Shown here in pieces: positions 14,007 through 26,156 of a DNA stretch of 64,000 nucleotides (positions are counted from its first letter, which is position 1; every line of letters begins with the position of its first letter). Source of the stretch: Selaginella moellendorffii (Eukaryota; Plantae; Lycopodiophyta). The stretch lies in assembly GCF_000143415.4 (NCBI RefSeq), contig NW_003314375.1, positions 186,001 through 250,000 on the forward strand. Direction: 5' to 3'. The translations under genes and the position numbers were made by a program. The notes below the pieces were generated by a model, which did no database searches, had not been told where the DNA came from, and saw only the letters and a list, made by a program, of their open reading frames with translations.

Positions 14007-17000
14007 ATGTCTGTGTCATCGTCGCTCAAGTTGCCGCGCCTGGCGCGATTGGCATTGCGGGCGCGCGCGGTGTATTTGGAGAATCCCGGATCCAGGAATT
14101 TCTCCGCTTGCTCGTCGTCGGCTAGGTCCGGTGCCGGGCCTGCTAGATCGAAGTACTTTTCTTCCTCCTCTGTGGCCGCTGCCGATCTGCCGTTTGGAGC
14201 CCCCGCCTGGTACAGGAGGGGCGCTAGGATCGGAGGAGGTCAATGTGCCGTCGCGCAGGCCGGGGTTTTGACGGCGCCTGGACAGCGCAGGAGTTCCAGG
14301 GACTACTCCTCGTCAGGTCTGATTTCGCTGCGATGCATTCGCAAGAGCTGAAATATTTCTCCTTGGATTCGTTTTTTGCAGCTAACCCCTACAAGAATCT
14401 GGTAAAGCCTTTGGAGGGCCATGGAAAGTACTACAGCCTGCCAGCTTTGAACGATCCTCGCGTTGGTAAGTCCCATTGTTTGTGCGTGGTTTGGCCACTG
14501 AAATTCTTTGGCTTTTCAGATAAGCTGCCGTATTCCATCAAGATTCTACTGGAGTCGTGCATCAGGAACTGTGACAACTTTCAAGTCACAAAGGAAGATG
14601 TGGAGAAAATCATAGACTGGGAGAACACAGCTCCCCAGCAAGTGGAGATCGCTTTCAAGCCCGCACGAGTCATCTTGCAGGTAGCCCACCAGTTTAGATA
14701 CTTTCGTAATTTCTTAGCTTAACTGTCTCTTTTCCAGGATTTTACTGGAGTTCCTGCTGTTGTTGACTTGGCTGCAATGCGTGATGCGATGAAGAGGCTC
14801 GGTGGGGATCCCAACGTAATTAATCCCATGGTAAGCTACGTGATCAGCTTAACTTAGTTTATGTTCTTGACTCAAACTTCTTTCCGTTTATTTTCTTCAG
14901 ATTCCTGTTGATCTGGTCATAGATCATTCAGTTCAAGTTGATGTAGCGAGGGCTGCGAATGCTCTTGAAGCCAACATGAAACATGAATTCGACCGTAACA
15001 AGGAGCGATTTGGATTTCTAAAATGGGGTGCTACAGCTTTCAAAAACATGCTGGTTGTGCCGCCTGGGTCGGGTATTGTGCACCAGGTACTGTTTTGAAT
15101 ATTTTAGTTTTGCTTCTGAGACATTATTGGTTGCAGGTTAATCTCGAGTACCTAGCTCGTGTGGTTTTTTCTAATGATGGATTTTTATACCCGGATAGTC
15201 TAGTTGGGACTGACTCACACACGACGATGATAGACGGGCTTGGTGTTGCCGGATGGGGTGTTGGAGGTATTGAAGCTGAGGCAGCGATGCTTGGTCAGGT
15301 CAGTATAATTAGATTTGATTCTACTTTAGTGTTTATCAAAGAGTACATGTTTGCAGCCAATGAGTATGGTTTTGCCTGAGGTTGTTGGCTTCAAGTTAAG
15401 CGGCAAACTTCGAACTGGAGTTACTGCTACCGATTTGGTGCTGACGTGCACTCAGATGCTGAGGAAACATGGTGTTGTTGGAAAATTTGTCGAGTTTTAT
15501 GGTAAGGTTTCTGTTTTGCACTCGCTGGAGTATTCTACTCACGCTTTTTATAGGCAAGGGTATGCAAGAGCTGTCCTTGGCTGATCGGGCGACTATTGCA
15601 AATATGTCTCCTGAGTATGGTGCCACCATGGGCTTTTTCCCTGTGGATCACGTGTCTTTGCAGTATTTGCGGATGACCGGTCGTGAAGAGAAGAAGGTAC
15701 TTGTTTCTTTCGGCCTCTACAAACGTATTCTGAATGCTGTTTGTGCCCAGGTCGAGATGATTGAATCCTACTTGCGAGCAAACAAAATGTTCATCGATTA
15801 CAATGAGGTATGCATGTATATGAGCTTTACACATGTTTCTTATGTATCTTGGTTGTTGCAGCCTGAAACCGAGAAGGTTTATTCTTCGTATTTGGAGTTG
15901 GATCTGGATTCAGTACAGCCCTGCGTGTCTGGTCCGAAACGGTAAGGGAGGTTCTTCATACTTGCTAAGATTCTCATGTTGAACCGTTCAGTCCACACGA
16001 TCGGGTAAACTTAAAAGATATGAAAGAAGATTGGCATAATTGTTTGGATAGCAAGGTCGGGTTCAAGGTAAGAAACCGATAATTCATTTTCTTTTATCTG
16101 ACATGCTACTATTTGTAGGGCTTTGGCGTGCCTAAAGATGAGCAGTCGGCAATTGCAAAGTTCAAGTTTGAAGGAAAACCAGCTGAGCTCAGACATGGCG
16201 ATGTTGTTATTGCCGCCATTACAAGCTGTACGAATACGTCGAATCCCAGTGTGATGCTTGGGGCCGGACTTGTTGCGAAAAAAGCAACAGAACTTGGCCT
16301 TCAAGTAAAGCCTTGGATAAAGACGAGTCTGGCTCCAGGGTCCGGGGTAGTTACAAAGTATCTTAAGCAGAGGTAAACTAAGTGACATGTATATTACTCT
16401 TTGTCTGACATCCTTCGTGTTTTCAGTGGCTTGACAGAGTATCTTGACAAGCAAGGTTTTAGTTTGGTTGGTTATGGCTGCACAACGTGCATTGGTAATT
16501 CTGGAGAAATTCACGAAGATGTAGCGTCTGCGATTGCTGACAATGGTGAGTAATTCTTTGTCTGGAATTATTTTTCTCACTTCTTAATTTCAGATATGAT
16601 CGCGGCTGCCGTGCTTTCTGGAAACCGTAACTTCGAGGGTCGTATCCATCCTTTGACTCGAGCCAATTACTTGGCATCACCTCCTTTGGTAGTCGCATAT
16701 GCCTTAGCTGGAACGGTAAGATCCTTCGCTGTGCATCTCGTGCTGGGGATTCTGACAGAAATTCGCTTATAGGTTGATATCGACTTCGATACGGAACCGA
16801 TTGGAGTTGGAAAATCAGGAAAAGAGGTTTTCTTGAGGGATATTTGGCCTTCGTCCGAAGAAGTGGCAAAGGTATTGACTAGCTCGTGCTTTCTTTGTTT
16901 TAACATGCGCTCTCCAGGTAGTCGAAAAAGCCGTGGTTCCGGACATGTTCCGATCAACATATAAGACCATCACGAAGGAAAACAAAATGTGGAACAATCT

Positions 17001-17971
17001 TTCCGCTCCTTCTGGTGCTTTATATGCGTGGGATCCAGAATCTACTTACGTGCATGACCCCCCGTTTTTTAAATCGATGACGGAGAGCCCTCCTGGTGTC
17101 CACGGCGTAAAAGATGCGTATTGTATTCTAAACTTTGGGGACAGCATCACGACTGATCATATATCTCCTGCGGGAAACATCAACAAAGACAGTCCAGCTG
17201 CCAGGTACTTGATGGAACGTGGAGTTGAGAAAAAGGACTTCAACTCTTATGGAAGCCGTCGGGGTAACGACGAGATCATGGCAAGAGGAACATTTGCCAA
17301 CATCCGGATTGTCAACAAGTTTCTCAAAGGCGAGGTTGGCCCCAAGACAATTCATATACCTTCTGGAGAAAAGCTTTCTGTCTTTGACGCTGCCAAGGTA
17401 TATTTGATTTTGCAATTTTTTGAGTTTTATTTTATATTTTTATTTTTCAGAAATACCAAGACGAGGGGCATGATACCATCATACTTGCTGGTGCAGAATA
17501 TGGAAGTGGAAGCTCCAGGGATTGGGCTGCCAAAGGGCCGTATTTGCAGGTAAAAAAATGTTGCGTTTTTATTGTTGCCTTCAAATGTTCCTTTCCTTTC
17601 AGGGTGTGAAAGCAGTAATTGCGAAGAGTTTTGAGCGTATTCATCGGAGCAACTTGGTGGGAATGGGCATCATCCCGTTGTGTTTCAAGAGTGGCGAGGA
17701 CGCAGAATCGCTGGGATTGACAGGGTATGAGAGGTTCACCATCGATATTCCTTCGGACATCAAGGACATCAAGCCGGGGCAAGACGTTGTTGTGAAGACT
17801 GATAAAGGCAAAAGTTTCACCTGCACTTTGCGGTTTGACACACAGGTTCGTTTTTCAATTTCTTGCTCGAGATTCTCTTGGTAACGCTTCTCATTGCAGG
17901 TGGAATTGACGTATTTTGAGAATGGAGGCATTCTACATTACGTGATTAGACAACTACTTCAGTCCAAGTAA
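14007..17971 (+). CDS. ACO: Aconitate hydratase (AcnA/IRP type) with N-terminal transit peptide, multi-exon
   Basis: [85 protein letters not shown]. Confidence 0.97.
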
Positions 17972-19698
17972 AATGTTCTTTTTTTGTCCTTTGGGAGCGG
18001 GTGACGGGGCACAGGATGTACACTATTTTGGTTTTCTTTTTCGATTGATCGCCAGCCAGGTATTTCTCTGTGCTGAATAAAACCGAGAGGTTTTTCTGGA
18101 AGTCAGCCGAATTTTTTTACTCTTACGAAATAAAGGTGAATGTGTCCAGATATCCAGTTTTTGTCTCAGAGGTTTCAATCCCTGCCATAGTTTTTGTGTT
18201 GTAACAGATGCAATGTTTTGCAGCTTCAATCCAGTGAACTGTTATTGTCAGGTCCCGACGATGCTGATTACTTTTCAGTGCCACGCATCCAACCATGTGC
18301 CATGTTTTAAGTCAAGGTAAGAACCCTTTTCCTTTTCAAAATTTCGAGCTTTAAACAGGCCCATCCTCTTCGCATTACATTTTATATCGTTTGCAAGGCT
18401 GGTACTAAAATCGCTGTGTCAGGTCGCTTGGATTTCAAAGGCAAAGAGACATTGAATACGAGAAACCGGCAGAGGTTTGCACGTTGGGAGGAAGCAAAAA
18501 CAGTCGACGAGTATGGAGCATAAAGAGGGGCGGAGTGGATTGTTTTCGGCAAAGGTGGCCGGCCCAAAGTACACGACCTGGGAATAGCTCGTCAAGATGT
18601 CCTGGAAGTTTAGAGAAGAACAGTCGGTCAGGGACAGGCAGTGCAAATTGGGCTGGTGGTGCTGGCTGGCCGGCTGGTTGGACTGCTACTCCACTTTTCT
18701 CCGCCCATCGACGATCTTTACTCCCCGGGGGGGAAAACGAGAACTTTAGCAGAAAAGCAGGAAGAAAGCTCGGCAAGGACGAACTCAAGAGTCATGGATG
18801 GTCTACGCAAACAGTGTGGAAGTAGTCAGGAACAGCAGTGACAACAGCAGTGGATAGCGGGGAATCGAATTGACCACCACTCCAGTAAATTCGGAGGAGA
18901 ATCGCGAGAGAAGGAGAGAGCTTTTCTATCTCGCTCGGGGGAGGAGGACGAGAGACATGGATGGCAGGGAACTAGATGTTTAGTTAAGAGCAGTGGCCAA
19001 GCGGGAGCCGACACGCGGCAGCGCCTGGACCGTTTGTCGTTTGTGCCGTCCAACGGCTGGGCTTTGCTGCTGGGGTGACGGGCAGGTGACGGGCGGGTGA
19101 CGGGTACTTGGAAAAAATTTGGTGATGGTGGCGGTGGTGGTGGTGGTGGCGGAGTGGTGGAGGTGGTGGTGGTGGTGGTGGGGATCACAGGCCAGCTGTG
19201 GAGTTAGCTCTTTGGGGTCTCTTCTATTCTTTCTCCCCGCGGGGGACGAATAGCTTGGTTCTTCCTATGATTGCCAGAGGATTTCGGTCCGACCCGACTA
19301 AAGAATGAGGATGGCTCCAATCGGGATCTAGCAGCGGCAGTAGCAGCAGCAGCGGCTGCGGCAAGCGGCTAATCATCCAGCAGGAGAAAACTTTGGTGGC
19401 TCTTGCAAAGATGGCAGCGCTCCAGCTGTGGTTGCTTTCTTTAGGCGGATCATGCACATGTACAGCTCGGCAGGAGGATTGATGAGCTTTTCTCCCGCTG
19501 TTCTTGGCTGCCGAGGAGGAGGATCATCGCCTGGTAGCTCGGGTTTCTGGCCGCTAGTAAGTGGATCGATCGCAGGCAGGGAATTCTCAATGCCCTCTAG
19601 CAGGAACCGCGTAGCAGGGATCAGGGAGGAGGAAGATTGGCTGTGGCATTCGCAGCAAGATCTAGGACAGGAATCACAGGGAAAGAGGCTGGAAAGGA

Positions 19699-21996
19699 AT
19701 GACTTTCGGCGGCAAATCCTCACCACCATCTCTGACTTATAGCAGGACAATTCTCTTCGTGTTCTTCCTCGAGTTCTTGAGCTCGGCGAAGATGGTTCTC
19801 GGACTGGGCGGTATGTGTTCTATCGCTGCCTCGTACGGGGAGGACGATCCATTGTTTTGCGCGGTCGAGGCGACGTTCGAGCAGCAAGTGTTTTGCTGGG
19901 GGAGGAATGAGAGCTTGGAGTGGCCGTCGACGGGTCCGGCGATGCTGGGTCTCTCGGGTGGAATGGGATTTATGTGTGGGATCGCGGCCGGGAGCCAGCG
20001 TCCCTTTTGCTGGCGGAAGAACCTCACGTCGATCAACATCGTCCCCGAGCAGTTCCAGAACACGAGCTACGATTCCATCGCCGCTGGCGACGGCCATGTC
20101 TGCGCTGCTCGCTCCCAGGACGCGCTGGTGGACTGCTGGAACGGGGACGACAGCCTTAACGTGCCGCGCGGCGTGACGCTGCGGTCCCTGGTCGCGGGGC
20201 GGAGGTTTGTCTGCGGTATAGAGACCGGCGATGGCGGTACCGCGCGGTGCTGGGGCGATGCCAACCTTGCCGCCACGGCTCCGCCTGGTGACGTGGAGTT
20301 TGAGTCGCTGTCTGCCGGCGGCGAGCACGCGTGTGGGATTGTGAGGAAATCGAGGGAGATTCGGTGCTGGGGGGACAACCGGCTTGGTCAGACGGACGCA
20401 CCGCGCGGTATACCTTTCGTGGTTCTCAGCCTGGGATTGAATCACGGGTGTGCCGTGCGGCAGGACACGCACGGCGTTATGTGCTGGGGGCGGGGGTTTA
20501 ATGCGTCGGCGGCGCCAGACCGGACGGAGTTCTTGGCGCTGGCCTCGTCGCGCGTCGTGACGTGCGGTGTACGGGAGGATAACCTGCTCGTGGTGTGCTG
20601 GGGGAATGGCACGGAGTTCGCGCCGCCGCTGCAGCTGTCGAGCCCCGGAGTGTGTACCGCCGCGCCGTGCAGTGCGGGAGAGTTTAGCTTTAACGCGTCC
20701 AGCCTGGGCGTGGTTACCGCGGGGTTGTGCTCGAGCAGCACACAGCAGGTGTGCGCGCCGTGCGCGAGCGACTGCTCGAATGGATCGTTCGTGTCGGCAC
20801 CCTGTGGCGCGAATGACAACCGGCGGTGCACTGATTGCTCGCTGTGCGAGACGAGCTTGTGCCGCGGGCTGTGCCACTTGTCGCCGGCGCCCGAGAGCAG
20901 CGCTGTTGGGGTGGAAGAGCGGCGGCACCGCGCGGTAAGCCTAGCGGCGGTACTGGGTGCCGCCATCTCTGGCGGCGTCGTGGTGGCGGTGATTGGGCTG
21001 TTGGCTTGGTGCTGCTTGCAGCGGCGGAGGGGGAGATGGTGGCGGAACAGCGGCAGCGGGAGATCGGGGGACGGCGCCTACGGCCACCAAAACGGCGGCA
21101 CCGGCACCGGCACCTCCGGCGGCATGCAGCTGCAGTCGGTTGGCTCCGGCGGCATACCGTGCGTCAAACCGCCCGAGGCCTTGCGGTACCGGCTGTCCGA
21201 GCTCCGGGACGCCACGGGCAACTTCAAGGAGGTGAACGAGCTGGGCCGCGGGAGCTATGGCTTCGTGTACAAGGCGGTCTTGGGCGACGGGCAGCTGGTG
21301 GCGGTGAAGCGCGCGAATGCGGCGCAGAGGATTCACGGCAGCAGCCGGGATTTCGACGCGGAGCTTGAGATCTTGTGCAAGCTCCGCCACGCCAACATTG
21401 TCAACCTGGTGGGCTACTGCGGGGAGATGGGCGAGCGGCTCCTCATCTACGAGTTTATGCCGCACGGTACGCTGCGCGACCACCTCCACGGCGGGCTCTC
21501 ACCGCTGGGGTGGGGACTGAGGCTTCGCGTCGCCGCGCAGGCCGCCAGGGGCCTGGAATTCCTCCACAAGGAGGACGTCATCCACAGGGACGTAAAGTCT
21601 GCGAATATTCTCCTGGACGCGGAGTGGTCGGCCCGCGTCGCCCCGCCGGACGCGGGGTACCGCGATCCGGAATATTCCACCGCGCCGCGGATGACTGCCG
21701 CGGATGACGTGTACGGCTTTGGGGTGGTGCTGCTGGAGCTGCTGTCCGGCAGGAAGGCGTACGACTGCGAGTTTGAGCCGGCAGGGGTGGCGGAGTGGGC
21801 TGGGCCGTTGATTAGGACGGGGCGGTGGGCGGAGGTGGTGGATCGGGCGGTGGAGGGGCCCCGGAGTGTGGAGCCGGTGGCGAGGCTGGCGGAGATAGCG
21901 GAGAAGTGCGTGAGGGTGAGGGCGGAGGAGCGGCCGCCAATGGGCCAAGTTGCGGTGTGGTTGGAGCAAATAGCTCAAGGGAGTGGATCTTTGTAA
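19699..21996 (+). CDS. CRINKLY4-related receptor-like (pseudo)kinase, CCR1/CCR2-like
   Basis: Intronless GC-rich 765 aa ORF: signal peptide, crinkly/RCC1-like repeats (CWG), TNFR-like Cys region, TM helix, and a kinase with GRGSYG, VAVK, HRDVKSAN but no DFG. Confidence 0.92.
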   Translation: MTFGGKSSPPSLTYSRTILFVFFLEFLSSAKMVLGLGGMCSIAASYGEDDPLFCAVEATFEQQVFCWGRNESLEWPSTGPAMLGLSGGMGFMCGIAAGSQRPFCWRKNLTSINIVPEQFQNTSYDSIAAGDGHVCAARSQDALVDCWNGDDSLNVPRGVTLRSLVAGRRFVCGIETGDGGTARCWGDANLAATAPPGDVEFESLSAGGEHACGIVRKSREIRCWGDNRLGQTDAPRGIPFVVLSLGLNHGCAVRQDTHGVMCWGRGFNASAAPDRTEFLALASSRVVTCGVREDNLLVVCWGNGTEFAPPLQLSSPGVCTAAPCSAGEFSFNASSLGVVTAGLCSSSTQQVCAPCASDCSNGSFVSAPCGANDNRRCTDCSLCETSLCRGLCHLSPAPESSAVGVEERRHRAVSLAAVLGAAISGGVVVAVIGLLAWCCLQRRRGRWWRNSGSGRSGDGAYGHQNGGTGTGTSGGMQLQSVGSGGIPCVKPPEALRYRLSELRDATGNFKEVNELGRGSYGFVYKAVLGDGQLVAVKRANAAQRIHGSSRDFDAELEILCKLRHANIVNLVGYCGEMGERLLIYEFMPHGTLRDHLHGGLSPLGWGLRLRVAAQAARGLEFLHKEDVIHRDVKSANILLDAEWSARVAPPDAGYRDPEYSTAPRMTAADDVYGFGVVLLELLSGRKAYDCEFEPAGVAEWAGPLIRTGRWAEVVDRAVEGPRSVEPVARLAEIAEKCVRVRAEERPPMGQVAVWLEQIAQGSGSL

Positions 21997-22858
21997 AGAC
22001 CAGAAAAAAGAAAAGTATTGACAGTAATTTTTTCATTTTTTTATTTCTTGGATTTGTTGGACGGCTGAAAAGGAAAATTTTCTGGCTGTTCTAGAGAAAA
22101 TAATAATACAATGTTCACGTGAAGGTGAGATTGACATGGTGGTGTCAGTCGGTGTGTTCTTGGCTGATATGATAAGGATCACTTGATCGATTTCTTTCCA
22201 TCGTATGCAAGAAAGATTCGACCGCGCGTGAGCATGATGAGTGCGTATGACTCTGAAAATTCTTCTTTTTTCGATCTCTCGCGCGATCAATCAATCAGCA
22301 ACTATGATCGACAGCCAACTTGTTTCTTAAGTGTGTTCCAGCTGTTTGCCACACTTGATCGTCAATCACAACGAACTTGTGACAAAAAAAAGCTTAAACT
22401 AAAGGAGGTTAGAAAAGTTCGATAAAGGTGGCGGACGTTGCCCTAATGTCCGGTTAAAGGTGGCGTTGCCCTAAGGGCACGGGACAATGCGTACGGACGT
22501 GGATATTTTGTGGCCATAGTATTGGAAGCCGCCGCCTTACATTACCTATTCCAGTGTGTCCGTGAGGTTTCTTCGTCGTTGTCGTTGCGCCTTCTTCGAG
22601 TGAGAGAGAGGGAGACCCTAGCGAGCGAGCGAGCGAGCGGTGGCGCTAGATTGATAGCTCTCTTCTCCAGGGTTTGTGTTCTTGCGTGGCTGGACTTTCT
22701 AGGGCTTTTAGGGTTCTAGCTCCCACTTCTTCCAGGCAATGGCTGCTGTCCAAGATAGGCCGCGGACGCGCGCGCTCGCCATCGCCAGCTCCAGGCCGGC
22801 ACAGAAGAGCTGAAGAGGGGTGAAAAGGCTCCGATAATCTGCATCGCGGCGGCCCGCC

Positions 22859-24516
22859 ATGGCGAACCAAAATTCTTTTGCCCTGCTCATCGACAACGAG
22901 AGCGATGCTCCGACGCTCATCGCCCACGCGGCCGCGGCCGCTACCGAGGAGAAATCCAAGGCGCCGCCGCCTCCTCCCCCGCCCGCGAAGATGCCGACCA
23001 AGCCCCCGCCTCCAGCCGAAGCCGGTATGTTCGTTCTAGCATTTTCTTTCTCTTCCAATCCGGCAGCATTGCGCGGCGAAGATCGCTGCTGCTTGGAATA
23101 TTTTTTCTTCTTCGTTAGCTCACGTCATCGTCGTTACAGTGAGGGACGCCCAACGGAGCCAGGGAAGGGGCGGCGGACGTGGCATGGGACGTGGCACCGG
23201 ACGTGGCGGCGGACGTGGCTATGACGCTGAAAGCTCACCACGCGATTCTTATCGTGGTCGAGGCGCTGGCCGAGGTGGCGGTGCCGACGGCGCGGAGAAC
23301 GGCCAGCTGGAGGACGGAGCCGGCGGGTACCGGGGACGTGGACGCGGGCGGGGCAGGGGACGTGGTCGCGGGCGTGAAGGCGAGGAGAACGAGGTGCCCA
23401 ATGGTGGTGCTTTTGAGGAGGATCCCAATGAGTCCCGTCCACGTCGCGTTGAGCGAGCTGACCGTGGGGATTACCGCGGCGGACGTGGTGGTGGCGAGCG
23501 TGGCGAGCGTGGTGAGCGCGGGGCCGAGCGTGGTGCCGAGCGTGGTGGCGAGCGCGGTGCCGAGCGCGGTGCCGAGCGTGGAGACCGCGTGGAGCGCGAG
23601 CGTGACTACCCTCGTCGTCAGTACGACAGGAAAAACACCACTGGCCGCAGGTAAAGTGTTTTGATTCTTTGCTTGGTAGAGGCTGATAGTGGTGGTACAG
23701 CACTGGAATCAAACGCGATGGCGCTGGTCGCGGAAACTGGGGAACTCCAATCGACCCCGTCTCTGTCGAGTAAGAATTTACGGAGCTTCTTCTTTGTAAC
23801 TTAGTTCGTCTTTCTTCCTGTCAGGGAAGGCAACGCGATCGAGGGTGTGAAACTAGATGGTGCGAAGCTCGAAGCCCCAGAACCCGAGGCACCTAAGTCG
23901 GAGGCAGCACAAGAAACTCCAGAGGTCACTGAGGAACAGAAAGAGGAGGAGAAAGAAGAAAAGGTTTGTGCTTTCCCGAGAAATCCAAGGCTTACTGTTT
24001 TTTCCGACAGGAAATGACCCTGGACGAGTATGAGAAAGTGATGGAGGAGAAGCGCAAGGCCCTCACTGCCATGAAGAGCGAGGAGAGGAAAGTGGTGGCT
24101 GACAGTGAGTTCCAGAAGATGCAGCTGGTTGACAAGAAGGCCGACGAGGATATCTTCATCAAACTGGTAAAGTCCTTCGATTGTTATGCTATGCGAGAAA
24201 GAGAGACTGACTGAGTTTCATACTCGACAGGGAGCGGACAAGGCCAAGAAGAAAGAAGGGGAGAAGGATGATAAGACCAAGAAGGTAAATGGATGGGCTT
24301 GTTTGTGGCTTTCTTCTAACGATGAGCGTGTTTTCGTTTCTTCAGTCGGTGCCGATCGAGTTCCGGAAATCCGAGGCGGAGAATCAGTATGGCGGACGTG
24401 GTGGCAATCGCGGCCGCGGCCGCGGGAGAGGCCTCAACAACAACACGCGGCTTAGCTCGAGCTCGGCTCCCGAGATTGCCGATTTCCAGCAGTTCCCGTC
24501 TCTGGGAGGGAAATGA
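22859..24516 (+). CDS. RGG-repeat RNA-binding protein, HABP4/PAI-RBP1 (Stm1/SERBP1) family
   Basis: MANQNSFALL, KMPTKPPPPAEA, RGG tracts, RQYDRKNTTGR, KRDGAGRGNWG, EMTLDEYEK, APEIADFQQFPSLGGK*. Confidence 0.93.
23495..23600 (+). repeat. Coding 9-12 bp tandem repeat encoding (G/A)ERG units
   Basis: Repeated gagcgtggt/gagcgcggtgcc units. Confidence 0.85.
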
Positions 24517-24806
24517 GATCTCAGCACTCGGATTTCTTCTTAACTCTCTCGTTTCCTCTCGTGCTCTTCTTTTTTGCTTGTGTGTGTGATCTGTTGGCTG
24601 GCACTTCTCTCGCTCTCACCCTTTTTTCTTAACACTTGAGAAACTTGGAAAACATCTATGCATCTTTGTGATGCATGTCATGAAATGAAGCTTTTGTTTG
24701 ACATCACACAGTTTCTTCGCTCATTTCTTTCGTTCTTGTTCTGGAGATTTACATTGACCTGATCTGGATTGTGATTATTTCTCTCTTATTTACTTCTGAT
24801 TTTTGC

Positions 24807-25676
24807 TCAAGCTTTGGTGGCCAGCATTGCTGTAGCAACTCCAGCGATTCCAACGGTGAGAGCAATGCTTCCTCCATACTTGGCTCCAAACTCAGCAAAG
24901 TTGACGCAGGAATCCATGGCGGCATAGCCCTCCGCGTAGATTTCCTTCCCGACGATGTTGTAGATGGCGCGAAGTGGAGCGAGCACGGCCTGGTATGCGT
25001 GTGGGAGGTACTCAGTTGCGCCAATGGCATCAAAGAGGGAGTCCAGGAACCACTCGCTGTGAGAGGAAGCCTCCACGTTGTTAACCATGATGTTGCCGGA
25101 GAGAGTGAATGGGTTGTAGAGACCCAGCTTCTCCACCTTGGAAAGCTCTATAATTGTCAGAAGTAAGAGCAAAGTCTCAAAAGAAGTATGATGTTACCAG
25201 TGATTTGAGATGATCCCCAGAGAGTTTCTCCAACCTGGAGATCCTTGGCTCGCTTGTACACAAGCTTTCCCTTGGCGTCGACTGGGATGAAATGGCCCTC
25301 GCTAAGCTCGATCATGTCTGAGGCGGTGTGGACCTGGATGAACTCGGAGATCACATCGGCGTCCTTGTGGCCAAATGCGTAGATATCGGAGAATACGTTT
25401 TTGCTCACTGCAACCTTTAGATCTGGCACGTTTAGATGGGCTTTCGAAAAACTTAAGAGCAATACAATACCTTGTCTCCAACTTCGAGATCTCTCATGAG
25501 TTTGAGGTCGCCGTTATACATTTGGACGGTGGCATCGCCTTTGCAAACATAAAGCCTGTGATTGGCTGTAAAATCGCTTGCAGATTCTTACCTGGGAAAC
25601 ATGAGGTGTTGGTCGCTAGAACAACGCTAGCAAGAACAGCGAAGAGAGAAGTAGCAAAGAAAAAAGTGTGAGCCAT
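24807..25676 (-). CDS. Secreted Hedgehog-type Hint (Hog) domain protein, copy 1 (4 exons)
   Basis: Spliced: MAHTFFFATSLFAVLASVVLATNTS-CFPGDATVQMYNGDLKLMRDLEVGDKVAV...SDIYAFGHKD...IELSEGHFIPV...AKDLQVGETL...GLYNPFTLSGNIMVNNVEASSHS, then an SRR-like helical region and a hydrophobic C-tail. Confidence 0.93.
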
Positions 25677-26156
25677 AGAGAACTCTACACTGTGAAAGCC
25701 TAGAAAGATAGGAAAAGAAGCTCTAGAAGCGATGTTAAATCCTAGAAACGAGTGCCTATGACATAAGGCTAACCGATCAAGTTGGTGATCCTAAAACTTT
25801 GATATCAAGAATTATTTAATTCTAAGTACATATTTGAGATGCCGCATCATTGACAAGAAAGCTCTCCGTAGCAATTTATTTAAATAATGACTACGAAAGA
25901 AATTAAATGTTCATTAAGCAAAATAATGCGAGTTATGGAGTTTCAAGGAATATCCTAAGAACCTTGCCCTAAAAGTGTCTAGGGTGGTGTGAGCGCAGCA
26001 GCTATCGGTGGATCTACTCGCGGATAAAGCTATCAGTGGATCTGCCCAGCACACTCGCGGATAAACTCTTGCTCCTGGTTGGGCGGCATGTTTTGGCGGC
26101 GGCTTTTTGGAGGTGAGTGAGTAGAAGAGCGCAAGAGCCCAGCTAACATTTAGCTT

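Noticed and set aside
19720-21978. Long antisense and alternate-frame ORFs (e.g. 402 aa) over the CCR gene
   Set aside because: Shadow ORFs caused by very high GC3; no protein motifs.
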